Assembly (NCBI RefSeq): GCF_009914755.1
Contig: NC_060942.1
Direction: 5' to 3' (one strand)
Length of the DNA: 64,000 bases
From: the human T2T-CHM13v2.0 reference genome, Homo sapiens
Shown here: positions 12,971 through 25,387 of the stretch, piece after piece
Layout: every line of letters begins with the position of its first letter
Numbering within the stretch: the first letter of the stretch is position 1
The notes under the pieces: generated by a model
Told to the model about the DNA's origin: nothing
What the model saw: only the letters and a program-made list of their open reading frames with translations
Database searches by the model: none
Position numbers and translations under genes: made by a program

Positions 12971-13496
12971 ACTCCCCTCAGCCCCAAGGGTGGCATGTCC
13001 ACTGGTGGCCAGCCCACAGGAAACATGAAGGAAGCCAAGGATGATGCTATGTAGCCCGAGCTCACTGAAGTTTTTGCAAGAGAAATGCTCAGAAACATCC
13101 TGAAAAGAAAAAATACAAACAAACAGAGCCTGAGCTCAAGGTGTCACCATGATTGCAACCGCCAAGGTTTTCACACCTGCAAATGTCTGTGAACAAACAT
13201 TAGTTCCAAACAGAAATTCAAACCTGAGCACACTCCCTATGCAGGCAACATCTCAAAATCACATTTTAGCAAGAAATTTGACAGTCAGCACCCTCTGCTA
13301 TGTAGACACCTCCTTTAATGGGCTGAGGGTGGGTGATCTCTCCTCAGCCTGCTCTGGGTAAGATTTCCTCGTGACTCCCACTGTGATCATTAACACCCAT
13401 GGTCCAGGCTCAGCCACAGTTAGGGAGAGTTTGCAGAACACCAGCTACTTCCTGGAAGAAGGGACCCAATTCTGTTTTGCTACCTTTTGTGTGTGT

Positions 13497-13628
13497 CTGT
13501 GGTAAATATACACAACATCAAATTTACCACTTTAAACATATGTAAGTGTACAGTTTAGTGACATTAAGTACATTCTCAGTGTTGTGCAACCATATCACCG
13601 CTAGTCTCCAAAACTTTTTGTATTTCCA
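13497..13628 (-). mobile_element. L1M (L1MB-like) 3' terminus fragment
   Basis: tgtggtaaatatacacaacatcaaatttaccactttaa..aagtgtacagtttagtgacattaagtacattc..gttgtgcaacca. Confidence 0.8.
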
Positions 13629-13629
13629 G

Positions 13630-13683
13630 TTAGCACAGTGAGAAATATTAGATGCTCAATAAATATTTGTTGAATTAATGAAC
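13630..13683 (+). mobile_element. L2 3' tail
   Basis: tagatgctcaataaatatttgttgaattaatgaa. Confidence 0.65.
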
Positions 13684-14685
13684 AGTCCAGTATTCAGGTA
13701 CCTGGAATTTACTAGGCTCTGACTTCCATATAGAATTCCATATAGCTGTCAATCATCTGTCCAATATGCTTATCTTCTTATCACAACACAAATCTCTGTC
13801 CTCTCCTCTTCTCCTACAAGTGAATATGTAGCTGAGCTCAGGAACTGTCCCCAGGTATGGGGTCAGAGCCCAGCTATCCCTCCCTAGAACGATGCCTACC
13901 TTTTACGTGGTGCTGACAGCAAAACAAAACAAAAAAGCAGGTTCTTTAAAGCCTAGATTAAAACCCAACAAGAATTATCCCCAAAGGAAAAATAGGTGGG
14001 TACTTAAAACAGATATGCCCTTTGCATCGGAATTCTCTGAGGCACACAGTGTAAAAATGTTAGCCAGTGTTCCACGGAGCAGGCCCGGCAAGAGACGATC
14101 TGCCAACTATCTGCCACCTCCTTACCACCTTCCCTCCACTCTCCCACTCCACCCTCCTAAGGAATCTCATGCCTGGCATGAGAAACAAATGAGGGGCTTT
14201 ACTGTCCCTGTAATTGCTCCAAATCCCATTAATTATATGGTAAGCCTCCAACAATAGGCTGGGCTGCCTGCCTTAATACAAACTCGACTTGGGGCAGATT
14301 CCAGGACCTCCAGGGCCTCAGTTTCTACTACTATAAAACTAAGGGCTGATGAATGCTATGTCCCCTTCCAGGCTCCGTGTTCTACGACTCTGAGCTTGAA
14401 GAGCCAGTAGCCTCCTCATATGCCCAAAGGCACAAGACAACTAATTACTTCTCACACTGTCACCATAAACTGTCAAAACTTTGTCTACAAAGATGGCAGG
14501 TTGGAATCACAGAACTTCCTTTCCTAGCTGAAAAGGATTTGCCCAGGCCAGGGACTGGTCAGGGCCCATGCCAAGATGGGCTACCAAGTCCCAGACTCTT
14601 AGACCTGAGCACTTCCAGCTAGACGACTTATGATCATGGTATTTACTGCTGTCAGAGCCTTCTAAGCAATGTATAATGCTGTTTA

Positions 14686-15078
<393 letters not shown>

Positions 15079-15689
15079 CTACATTTTTGGTACATTTTTT
15101 ATGTAGCAGGGACTCCAACAATTAATGCTTTTAAAAATGAATTAACCTCATAAGACCATGCCAATCTATCCCTTTTCTAAGTTGGACTTTTGTATACTCA
15201 TTTTGCATAAAGGAAGAGGCACCCAAAAGACACCAGCCATGTATGGCCATGTGAGTTCCCATGTCAGCCATGCAAGGCCATCCACCACACACCCACACAC
15301 ACACAAGATTAGGTATGTACAGACAAGGCTACTTTGGTTGAACCAGTCTGACCAGTGCTTCTTCCACTCCCTGCCCCCAGATTCCCCATCTCAGAGGAAA
15401 GGCAGGCAATTTGGAGTTAGGCCAGCTCCTTAGCTCTGCCCTTCCCCAGCTATTGTTCCTCAAAGGGCGATTCTACTGGCATTTAGGGCAGGATGACCTC
15501 TTGCCCTTGCCTCTCCCTCCCACCTTTCCACTTTTGGGGGTCAGTCCACCCCATGCCCAGGCTGGCCAGAGTCCTTCTGCCTTGGTTTCTCAGTGGGCAT
15601 CCCGAGTCTCCTGCCAGCCTGGGGGCTGCCCTGAACTCTGACCATTACTAGGCTGGGTCCTCTCAGCCAGAGTTTCCAATTGGACCAAT

Positions 15690-15861
15690 ACGTTTGTAAA
15701 ATACAATAAAAATGAACTGATAGAAAAATAGTCAGATGTTTAAGATGTCACAGCAATGCCAAACTTCAATAAGGGTTTCTAAGCATTTACTGTCAATGTC
15801 TGTACTTGTGTCACAGACTGGTAACAAACAGTACCAGTGGACCATACCTTGAGTAGTTCTG
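15690..15861 (-). mobile_element. Charlie4-like hAT fragment
   Basis: gatgtcacagcaatgccaaact...tttctaagcatttact..aatgtctgtactt..cagactggtaacaaacag..ggaccataccttgagtag. Confidence 0.6.
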
Positions 15862-15873
15862 TTCGTTCTAGGC

Positions 15874-16058
15874 CAGTGGTTCTTAAATTATGGTCTCAGG
15901 ACCAGCAGCATCAGCATCAACTGGGAACTTGATGGGGTACATTCTCGAGCCCCATCCCAGACCTCCTGAATCTAAAACTCTGGGGTGCAACTCAGTAAGC
16001 TGTGTCTTACCAAGCCCTCTGTGTGAGTCTGATGTATGCTTAAGTCAGAGAACCAAAG
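15874..16058 (+). mobile_element. MER5A MITE
   Basis: cagtggttcttaaa..ggaccagcagcatcagcatcaactgggaacttg...cccagacctcctgaatc...gagaacca. Confidence 0.85.
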
Positions 16059-16906
16059 CTTTAAGCAGACCCTCCCCTCAGGGTGAGGCTGGGCTGGGAC
16101 CGCAGGAGCCCTACAGAAGGTGAGGTCTACCTGAAGATTCTAGAACATTCCAGGCCAGGTCTCTGGCCATGGTCCTCACCCCTGGAATTAGAAGACCCCT
16201 CTCAGGCTTGGCCACAGGACTGCGGAGATGAGGGAAAGAAAAAGAGGTTGTAAAAATAAAAATCACTGGAGCCCCGCACTGCTGGAAAAATACTCTTTAA
16301 TTAGGGCCAGAGTCCTGGAGATCACCAAGGGAGGCTTCCCGGAGACCACTAGTCTCCATTAGCATTTTCCCAAGGGCTACATCCAGGTTATGAAATAGGA
16401 GGGCTGGGTGTGATTTGCATATAATTTGCATATGCCTATTTGGACTGCACACTCTTCTCCAGCAATTTTCAACAGAATTACAATCTTTTCTTTAAAAGCT
16501 ACTGCTGCCCTAAGGGTTGTCACTTATCATTTTTCCTGCTCTCTCCTCCTCCTCATTCTCCCTCTCTGGCAAATCCACAACCTTAAGCAGGAAGTGTAAA
16601 AAATGCTGAAGAGCACAGAAGTGGGGGTAGTGGCAGCAGGGGCTGCTCTTGACGAGGCTGTCACATGAGCATCTCATTCGTGAGGGAATTTCACAGACCT
16701 ATACGATATGTTTTTAAAAGGAAACGGTACCAAATTGTCATGTTATGCATGTCTACTATCCCCATAGCTATCATAAAAGAGACCACATCTTATTGCCAAA
16801 AATGTTGGAAGAACGTAAATCTCAGAATAAAGGACAACCCTTTTAAGAGAGAGAAACTGAGTCTTATAAAAAATGTACTACATTATCTTATTTTTCTCAT
16901 TTGTTT

Positions 16907-17068
16907 TCAGACCCAAGATCTGAATCCTGGCTGCACCAAATACTCTAGTTGGTCAACTTCAAGCTTCAGTAGTTTCTCCCCTAGGAAATGGTACCGTGAG
17001 TTCTATTTGCCGGGTTCTGGTAAGAGTTGCAAATGTCAAGTGCCTGGCACATAGTGAGCCCTCAAAAA
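16907..17068 (+). mobile_element. MIR (degraded)
   Basis: tcagacc..tgaatcctggctgcacca ... agtgcctggcacatagtgagccctcaaaaa. Confidence 0.6.
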
Positions 17069-17077
17069 TTGGTTCCT

Positions 17078-17574
<497 letters not shown>

Positions 17575-17674
17575 CTACGTCCAAGACTTCCAAAAAAAGT
17601 CTACTGTTAGAACAAGCAGCCTTTCTGTCTTTCCTCATGCTTAAAAGGGCCAGTGAGAGAAAGACTTTTTTCTT

Positions 17675-17701
17675 TGTGTGTGTGTCTGTGTGTGTGTGTG
17701 T
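17675..17701. repeat. (TG)n microsatellite, interrupted
   Basis: tgtgtgtgtgtctgtgtgtgtgtgtgt. Confidence 0.9.
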
Positions 17702-18349
17702 CCCCTGAGGATGGTGAGCAGCCTTATTTCAGAATGCCGAGGGAAGGGGCTGTCACCCAAGTGCACAGGCCTGGAAAGGCAAACTGCTTCGCTGGATTTT
17801 TGTTCAGAACACATTTGGGAGTGCATCTGCCTCAAAGCTCAGGGGTTTCTTGTCCCCTGGCCTCCCCTAGCTCAGCTCTCCGCTGCTCTGGGGAGTCTGA
17901 GATGGGGGCATATTTCACTTGGCAACTCAGGCTGGCAGCAATAGCATTCTCTTTGTGGGGTGACCTATCAACCCACTTGTCCTCTACATCTTGGCCTTCC
18001 AAGGAGACACATCAGCTGGCCCCTGGCTGCCTGGCTCCAAATGTCAGCACAAAGTAACTGCCCCTCTATGTGACAGATGTGTGCACATCTTTTCAGCCAA
18101 TTTGGGCAGTAAATTACATCATGTGCAGTCTTTGCTCACCATTCCCAGATTTATTCAATCGACAACAGAAATGGAGGGATTCCTGGCCCCTGCCAGTCAG
18201 TACTCTGTGATACCTCTGATCCAGATTCCCCACCCCTCCAACAAAACCCAGGGGTAGGCATCTCTTCCTCATGTTCCCATAGCACCATCTGCTTCCTAAG
18301 GCAGCAGATCCCAAGATGCAGTAGATGTCTGTTCTCTTGTCTTTCTCAC

Positions 18350-18498
18350 CCCCTGCCTGCCCGTGGTGGGAGCTGCTTGAGGGCACATGACTTGTCTTGC
18401 TCAGCACCAAATCTCCCAGTGCCCAGCACACAGTACCATCGCAAGTGCTTAGTAAATATCTGCTGAATGAAGAAATAAAAAAAAATGAATGAATGAAA
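18350..18498 (+). mobile_element. L2 3' end
   Basis: gagctgcttgagggca..cttgtc..ccagtgcccagcaca..gtgcttagtaaatatctgctgaatgaa..tgaatgaatgaa. Confidence 0.75.
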
Positions 18499-18537
18499 GT
18501 TAGCCTTTTCTGCCTAAGAAGAAGCCAGGGTCTGTTA

Positions 18538-18699
18538 CAGTCACTCTCAATTATGGGCAATTTGCCTCCCAGGAGACATTTGGCAATGTCTGGAGACATT
18601 TTTGGTTGTCAGTAACTCGGTAAGAGGGGGTTGCTACTGTCATCTAATGGGTAAGACGCCAGGGATGCTGCTCAATGTCCTACAATGGACAGGACAGTC
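18538..18699 (+). mobile_element. MER20 hAT MITE (3'-truncated)
   Basis: ggagacatttggcaatgtctggagacatttttggttgtca...gccagggatgctgct..tcctacaatg.acaggacag. Confidence 0.88.
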
Positions 18700-18705
18700 T
18701 TGATA

Positions 18706-18825
18706 CAACAGATGAGAAAACTGAGGTTCAGAGAGGTAAAGCAATGTGCCCAATAATATGGCTATTCAGTGGCTGGGATGGGACTCACACTAAGATACAT
18801 CTGATGGCAAATCTGTGATCTTACC
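18706..18825 (-). mobile_element. MIR
   Basis: acagatgagaaaactgaggttcagagaggtaaagcaatgtgccca. Confidence 0.75.
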
Positions 18826-19614
18826 TGACACCTTGAAGGGAAGTCCTAGGACCATTGGGGGTCCCAAGGGCATGCATGGCTGACAGTAAAGATATCAAAG
18901 TTATTCCATTAAAAATTTGCTTTTATTTGGATTTTTCTTCATCAATAAGATAAAGACAAGTAGAAAAAGCAGCCATTTTAGACCAAATATTTCTCCCCAA
19001 CAAGCCTGCTTTGATTCCTGAAATTTCTCAATTAGATACTCTTCCAAGGCAAGAATCTCTGTACTTCTGCTATTCTCCCACCTACTTAAGACATCTTTGA
19101 CCTGCCACCTGCTTATCCAGTTTCTGTCCATCTCTCAGGGACAGAGGGAGGGTTTCCTCCTCTGTGAAGCTCGGTCTGACCCCCTTAGAAGGGAGCCAAT
19201 GCCTGACCTTCAACTACACGTGTAGCCTGTCCCTGCTCAGGGCACATGAAAGGAGGTCTCAGGCAGTGCCCACGTGCTGGGCTCACATGCCTGGGCTTCG
19301 GCCACATCTTGGAGATCCAGTCCCCTCCTGGGCCTTGCTACCAGCTGGCCAACTTCCCATGGTTCCCAGCCCACAGGGATCTTCTTGAGGCCATCCAGGC
19401 AGCTGGCATTCTTGTTCATCCTGCCTGCTCAGCCCTACCTACCCCGAACCCCAGAAGGCTTGTCAAGCTCCCTTCCTGGCCTTTGCTGGCCACCCCACAG
19501 CACTACGATGAGTCATATCATCCCTTGTGTCAGGACTCTATTTTACCCCTCCAGCAAGTATCCAAGTAAAGACTCTTCTGTCATGGTTTTATGCTCATTG
19601 GCTCTTAATTTCTA

Positions 19615-19837
19615 AGAGGCAGTAAAGGGCAATGTTCACCAGCATGACTTCTGGAGTCAGATTGCCTGGGTTCAAATCCCAGCTCTGCCGCTTTCCAGCT
19701 ATGGGACCTTGGACAAGCTACTTAAATTCTCTGTGCCTCATGTGAAGAACAGAGATAATAATAGTACCTACCTCACAGCAATGTTGTGAGAATTAACAAG
19801 CTTAGCAGAGTCCCTGGCACACAGTAGGTACTCCATA
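19615..19837 (+). mobile_element. MIR, near full length
   Basis: tctggagtcagattgcctgggttcaaatcccagctctgcc..gaccttggacaagctacttaa..ctctgtgcctca..ataataatagtacctacctca..ctggcacacagtagg. Confidence 0.88.
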
Positions 19838-20483
19838 GGAGTCAGTGCGGGTCATGTCACATGCTGTGTCCCTAGAAGCCCAGCTGTCCCAGGCTTCTGA
19901 AACAGTGTCTCAATCATTGGTTCAGCAGTGTGTTTTGAATGCCTACTGTGTGTGAGCCATAATGTGAGAATGGAGTTATATCCTGGGCTGTGGTGAACAG
20001 GACAAGCTCTTCCACGATGCTACGGGGCAGGGATGTCAATACATCGTAACTGATTCCATGTGAACCTTCTTGACCACAGAGGCCGATGCTAAATGTAATA
20101 GTTCTTCATTCGATTCCTATTGTCATCAACTCATCTGATATTCCCATGCCTGATTATGGACCCAAGAAGCTCTTGCATCAGGTCCTGTTCATCTGATCCT
20201 CCTTTTGTTATAACTATCACTCCTCTCGTCTCTTTATAAGTGTGAACCTAAGGCTCAGAGAGATTAAGCGAGTTATCCAAGATGACACAGTATTCAATGC
20301 ATGGACTCAAAGCTAGGATTTCTGCTTTCCAGGCCAGTTGTGGCTGTCATGCTCAGCTCCAGGGGCATCATTCATAGGAAATGGAAACCCTAGAGTTCGG
20401 GGTGAGTCTAAGCAGTATCTAGCAAAATCCAGAGGCCTCAGGCCAGCAAGTGCAGACAGAAGTTGCTAAGAGTGAGCCTAGGG

Positions 20484-20636
20484 CAGTGGTTCTCAAGCCT
20501 GCCTGGGAATTAGATCACCTTGGTGCTTAGGCCCTGTCCAGACAAATTAGATCCGAATTGTGGGGGTCAGGCAGCAGCGTTTTTAAACCCCCTCCCCTGC
20601 TCCCCAACAGTCCTGAGGTTCAGCCTGCAATCACTG
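20484..20636. mobile_element. MER5B-like MITE
   Basis: cagtggttctcaagcct...ttagatcacct ... aatcactg termini. Confidence 0.6.
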
Positions 20637-20644
20637 CTCTAGTT

Positions 20645-20790
20645 CCTTGTTACTCAAAGTATGGTCCCTGGACCAGCAGCATAGGCCTTGTTAAGAGGTC
20701 ATTAGCACTGGCCTGGGAGCTTGCTAGAAATGTAGAGTCTCTGCCCTGCCCTATATCAACTCAGTCAGAACCTGCGTGTTTTAACTGCAA
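20645..20790 (+). mobile_element. MER5A/MER5A1 MITE
   Basis: ttactcaaagtatggtccctggaccagcagcat...cctgggagcttgctagaaatgtaga..tcagaacctgc. Confidence 0.75.
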
Positions 20791-20903
20791 TCTCCGGGGC
20801 ATGGGTAAGTAGAGCTGGTCTTGCAAAGGACAGAAGCCACAGAATACAGATGTCATCCCGCTTGGACCCAGCCCTATTGTGGGGAGATTTCTCTGTGGGT
20901 GAG

Positions 20904-21281
20904 TAACATGGTTTGGATGTGCATCCCCTCCAAATCTCATGTTGAAATGTGATTCCCAATGTTGGAGGTAGGGCCCGGTGGGAGGTACTGGATCATAGGC
21001 AGAACATGAATGGCTTAGCACCATCTCCTTGGTGATGAGTGAGTTCTCACTCAGTTCATGTGAGATCTGGTTGTTTAAGAGTCTGGGACCGCCCCCTTCT
21101 CCTTCTTGCTCCAGCTTTGGCATGTGACATGATGGCTCCCTGTCACCACCTGCCTCACCAGAACCAGAGGCCAGCACCGTGCTTCCTGTACAGGCTGCAA
21201 AACGGTAAGCCAATTAAACCTCTTTATAAATTACCCTGTCTCAGGTATTCCTTCGTAGCAACGCAAGAACGAACTAACACA
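20904..21281 (+). mobile_element. MaLR solo LTR, MSTB-like
   Basis: atggtttggatgtg..cccctccaaatctcatgttgaaatgtgat ... aagccaattaaacctctttataaattaccc.gtctcaggtattc..gaactaacaca. Confidence 0.9.
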
Positions 21282-21283
21282 AT

Positions 21284-21400
21284 AAGGTTACCAAATTTAG
21301 TGAACAAAAGTACAGGATGCTCAGTTATATCTGAATTTCAGATAAACAACAAATAACTTTTTAGTATAAGTGCGTTCTGTGCAATATGCGGGATTACTGA
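21284..21400 (+). mobile_element. MER53 MITE, left arm
   Basis: aggttaccaaatttag..aaaagtacaggatgctcagtta.atctgaatttcagataaacaacaaataac..tttagtataagt. Confidence 0.8.
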
Positions 21401-22619
21401 TAACTTCTTGCTTCAGTTCGTCTACAATGATCTTTCCCTCTAAATCCTGGGGAACATGGCAAAAGCAACCTTAAGACTTACCAATGACAGAGTCCCCTCT
21501 TAAAAGCCCCTCAAGATTCTCAAGTTATAAAGGGATGATTTTGCTCCCTAGGGTACATGTATCAATGCCTAGCTGCATTTTTAGTTGCCACTACTAAACT
21601 TCTCATTGCTTATCTGAAGTTCAAATGTCCAGTGAAGGAGGAAAAGGGCAGGAGAGCCCAGAGAGGAGACAAAAGGGTGGGGTCACTGCATATAGTGGCC
21701 AAGAGCTGCTAGGACTAGTGCACAGGATGATGGGAGGTGGCAGGTATGGGCAGTACTGTATCCCCAATCAGGCACAAGACACAGCAGCCTCTTCCAGAAA
21801 TCCCCTTCAACAAGGGCTCTCCAGCTGAGCTTCCTTGGAGACCAGGGAAGGAAGAGCCCACAGTTGCCCCCACCCCTCCAGGCCAGCCCATCCCCTAGAG
21901 ACTGCTGACAGCTGGGAGAAGGGTGCAGGCTGCAGGCCACCCGAGGTGCCCGCCCCGACCCTGGCTTTCATTTTTAATGAGCCATTTTCCAAGTGCTTCA
22001 CAAGCAGGCAGGCAGGCATTGTTTGCAGCCAGCAGGGGAGTCCTGAGCCGGCTGTTAATGGGTTTCCCTCAGCTCCCCCTCCTGGGGGTCTGCACAGCCC
22101 CTTCGGATGAAAGGAGCCCTCTGCAGAGGGCATGGTGACCATGGGCATGGCAGCTTCTGTCCTCTGTTCGGGCTGTCAAAGCCTACCCCAATCTGCCTGG
22201 GGAATGCCTTCATGAGTGCCAATTAGAGTTGGGACAAAATGTGTGTGATTTCAGAAGCCAGGGGAGTTGAGACACTCGGAACACAGCAACTTCTGCATAA
22301 AGCAGGTACCTAGAGAGCTGACCCTGAGAGGATCACCAGTTGAGAGGAACTCAGCAACAGCTGGAGTTTGCTGGGGGTAAATTGGCAAACCAACGCTGGA
22401 TGAGGCTCACAGGACTCGGGGATTTTTGAAAATTCAAAACCCCAACAGGACACAGGGAAATGGCGGAAGGTTTTCTGTGATCTAGTGAGGAAAGCAAAGC
22501 TGAGGGATCACGTATCTGGATTCTCAATGGAGTGACGGTCCTCCCCACAGGGACTCATGATGTCCAAGGTAGTCAGTTTCTCCTCCCACTCCCTGCAACC
22601 CCTGCCTGGTTTGAGTGCA

Positions 22620-22735
22620 AAGGGCACTGGCCTGGTACTCAGGAAGCCCCAGCTTTGCCACCTACTAGCCTGGGGACTCCCAAGAAACACCTCCCACATT
22701 GGGCCTCAGTTTCCTCATTTTGGGCAAAGTGGGAG
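22620..22735 (+). mobile_element. MIR fragment
   Basis: ccagctttgccacctactagc...tgggcctcagtttcctcat. Confidence 0.6.
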
Positions 22736-23561
22736 GTAACGAGGTAGACTGGAGCCTGTGTTCAGCCTCAAATCCCACACTCCCGGTAGGAAGGGTGGCT
22801 CCTCATGGGCATGGATAGATCAGCCTCTCCAGGGGGCTGCACAATTGTGCTCCACCCCCATCCCCACCCCATCCAACTGTTCAGAGAATCTCTAGGCTGG
22901 TGAACTCAATGGACCTGTCCAGCTCTGATACTTAGGGGTCTCAATTAGCTTCTTGCCCCCTACCCCTAAAGCATAACTCAACTGGAAAGATGTATAATCA
23001 AGGCCATGGAGAGGCCCTGTGGATGGAGGATAGCCCTTCAGGTCTACCTAAGCACAGGAAGCGCCCAGCCCCCGTAAGAAAGGATCAGCAATTTTCACTG
23101 TCCTCACTCCTCTTGTCTTCAGAGAGCCACAGCATCAACTCTCCAGCCCTAGAGACCTGGCAACAGGCTTCCCACTCTCCCACCCACTCTCCCACCCAGA
23201 CCCTGCCTCACACCATCAACCACCTGGACACCCGGCTCCTGCTGGGCTTAAAAGAACACTCCCTTCCTCATGTTTTCCCTTCCTTACAGACAAAATAGAA
23301 TTGGAATTTTCAAAAGAATGTTACTAAAAATCTTCATGGAAAATAGAAGGGGATTTGTTTTAGTTTTTGTTTTAAAGGACTTTGAAAAGAACAATCCTTC
23401 CATGTATGGGTTTAGGAGTAGGAGCTGCCTGAAGTGGGGTCACAGGTGTCTGAAGAGCCGGGACCCCATCTCCCCACCACTCCTCCTCCACCCCCAGCCC
23501 CTAGCCTGAGCAGGCAAACACAGGCTGTGATGGTAGCAGGAAGGCCGCTGCAGCATGGGGG

Positions 23562-23945
23562 TGATATCATTTGGATGTTTATCCCCTTCAAACCTTACGT
23601 TGAAATGTGACCCCCAGTGTTGGAAGTGGGTTCTAGTGGGAGGTGTTGGACCATGGGAGTGGATTTCTCATGAATGGCTTGGTGCCATGCCCTTGGCAAT
23701 GAGTGACTTCTTGCTCTATAGTTCACAGGAGAGCTGGTTGTTTTGAAAAGCCTGGCATCTCTTGCTCCCTCTCTTGCCATCCATATGCCAGCTCCCCTTG
23801 CCTGCCATGATTAAAAGCTCCCTGAGGCCTCACCATAAGCCAGGCAGATCCTGGTGCCATGCTTGCACAGCCTGCAGAACTGTGAGCCAAATAAGCCTCT
23901 TTGTAAATTGCCCAGCCTCAGGTATTCCTTTATAGAACTAACACA
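23562..23945 (+). mobile_element. MaLR solo LTR, MSTB/MSTB1-like
   Basis: tgatatcatttggatgttt..cccc..aaacct..gttgaaatgtgacccccagtgttgga ... cagcctgcagaactgtgagccaaataa..cccagcctcaggtattcctttatag..actaacaca; 5-bp TSD ggggg/ggagg. Confidence 0.9.
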
Positions 23946-23969
23946 GGAGGCAATGAAGAGACCTCGTTC

Positions 23970-24120
23970 TACGTGGTGATGAGCAAGCTGCCACACCTCT
24001 CTGGGCCTCAGTTTCCGACCCTGTAAAATGGGGATATGTGTATCCATCACACATGATTGCTGTGAGAATTGTGTGAAATAATTCACGCGAACTTGTCTTG
24101 CACATAGAAGACACTCAACA
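23970..24120 (+). mobile_element. MIR
   Basis: cctctctgggcctcagtttcc..cctgtaaaatggggat...tgctgtgagaatt. Confidence 0.75.
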
Positions 24121-24409
24121 AGCCAGGTGCAGTGGCTCACGCCTGTAATCCCAACATTTTGGGAGGCCAAGGCAAGGGGATCACCTGAGGTCAGGAGTTC
24201 AATACCAGCCTGGCCAACATGGTGAAACCCTGTCTCTACTAAAAATACAAAAATCAGCCAGGTGTGATGGTGGGCGCCTGTAATCCCAGCTACTCAGGAG
24301 GCTGAGGCAGGGGAATCACTTGAACCCAGTAAGCTGAGATTGCGCCACTGCAATCCAGCCTGGGCGACAAGAGTGAAACTCCGTCTCAAAAAAAAAAAAA
24401 AAAAAAAAA
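24121..24409 (+). mobile_element. AluS (Sq-like) with a small right-arm deletion
   Basis: Dimer with poly-A; gaacccag joined directly to taagctgag (about 15 bp missing); TSD aagacactcaaca / aagacactcaaaa. Confidence 0.95.
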
Positions 24410-24882
24410 GACACTCAAAAAATGTGGCCCTTTCAGCAGGCTTGGCTAAAAACTGCTCCTAGACAGACATCACAGCCAAAGCTAAAGCCTTTAGTGGAGC
24501 GGGATCTTCAACTTGTGCCTCAGCTCAGCCCTGACCTCAGTCTCTGGCACAAGGCAGTGCCTACTGTTTTGACCCAGCTCCCTAGGCCAGCCTCACCCCG
24601 ATCTGATTCCAGAAACAAAACGTCTCCCCAAATGTCCTGTGTCCCTGATGCCTTTGCTCTGAGGATGCCAGGTCGAGAGCTTGTTTGCAAAGTACAGGGA
24701 GGCACCAGTGTTTTTGGCTGACTGGATAGGTTCCTCCTAGGTGGCTGCCACGTGCCAAGCTTTACACATGGCATCTCAGTGAAACCTCACAGCAGCCTCG
24801 ATGTGACATATACTATTACCATCTCCAGCTTATAGGCAATACAAGTCAACGTCCCAGGTCCTGCAGCTATTGAGGGCAGAGC

Positions 24883-25054
24883 CAGTGGTTCTCAATCCTG
24901 GCTAACAAAAAGGATCACCTGGGGAGGCTTTGAAACATACAGATCCCAGGTCCATCCCCAGATATTCTGACCCTGTAGGTCTGGGGTGGGCCAGGGCATC
25001 AGAATTTCAGAAGATCCCAGGGTCATTCTAACATGCAGCCTGGGTTGAGACAGC
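24883..25054. mobile_element. MER5B MITE
   Basis: cagtggttctcaatcctggct..gatcacctgggga..cagatattctga..taggtctggggtggg..attctaacatgcagcctgggttgaga. Confidence 0.8.
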
Positions 25055-25142
25055 TCGCCCGACATTCAGCAGACCTTTCCCCTCTGCTGGAGGACCCCTG
25101 CCTCCTTCCTCACCCCCTGCCCATCTCAGGGGCCCTACTGAG

Positions 25143-25153
25143 GCGCATGCGCA
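25143..25153. promoter_or_regulatory. NRF1-type palindromic motif
   Basis: GCGCATGCGCA matches the NRF1 consensus (T)GCGCATGCGCA; motif match only. Confidence 0.4.
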
Positions 25154-25324
25154 CTAGCTATAGCCCAGCCCTTCAATCGCCACACATGCCCTCAGCTCCA
25201 AGGCTTCCAGGCCCTCTAGATGGGGAAACTGAGGGCTGAGGTGGACTTGTGACCCATGGAGGCCTAGCTGTTTGTCTTCTGCTCTCTGCCACCCCCTATT
25301 GATGACAGCAGAACATGTCCCTTG

Positions 25325-25387
25325 CAAAAAACAAAACAAAACAAAAAAAAAACCTAAAAAAACAACCAAAAAACAAACAAACCAAAA
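25325..25387. repeat. A-rich (CAAA/CAAAA)n low-complexity tract
   Basis: caaaaaacaaaacaaaacaaaaaaaaaacctaaaaaaacaaccaaaaaacaaacaaaccaaaa. Confidence 0.8.

Noticed and set aside
23171-23198. Short 8-15 bp tandem duplications (also near 3781, 13725, 49368 and 53156)
   Set aside because: Ordinary slippage products; not CRISPR-like, with no regular repeat-spacer array anywhere in the window.
20904-23945. Two same-orientation MST LTRs 2.3 kb apart as a possible full MaLR provirus
   Set aside because: The LTRs differ substantially, the second has its own TSD, and the interior holds MER53, MIR and unique DNA rather than MST-int.
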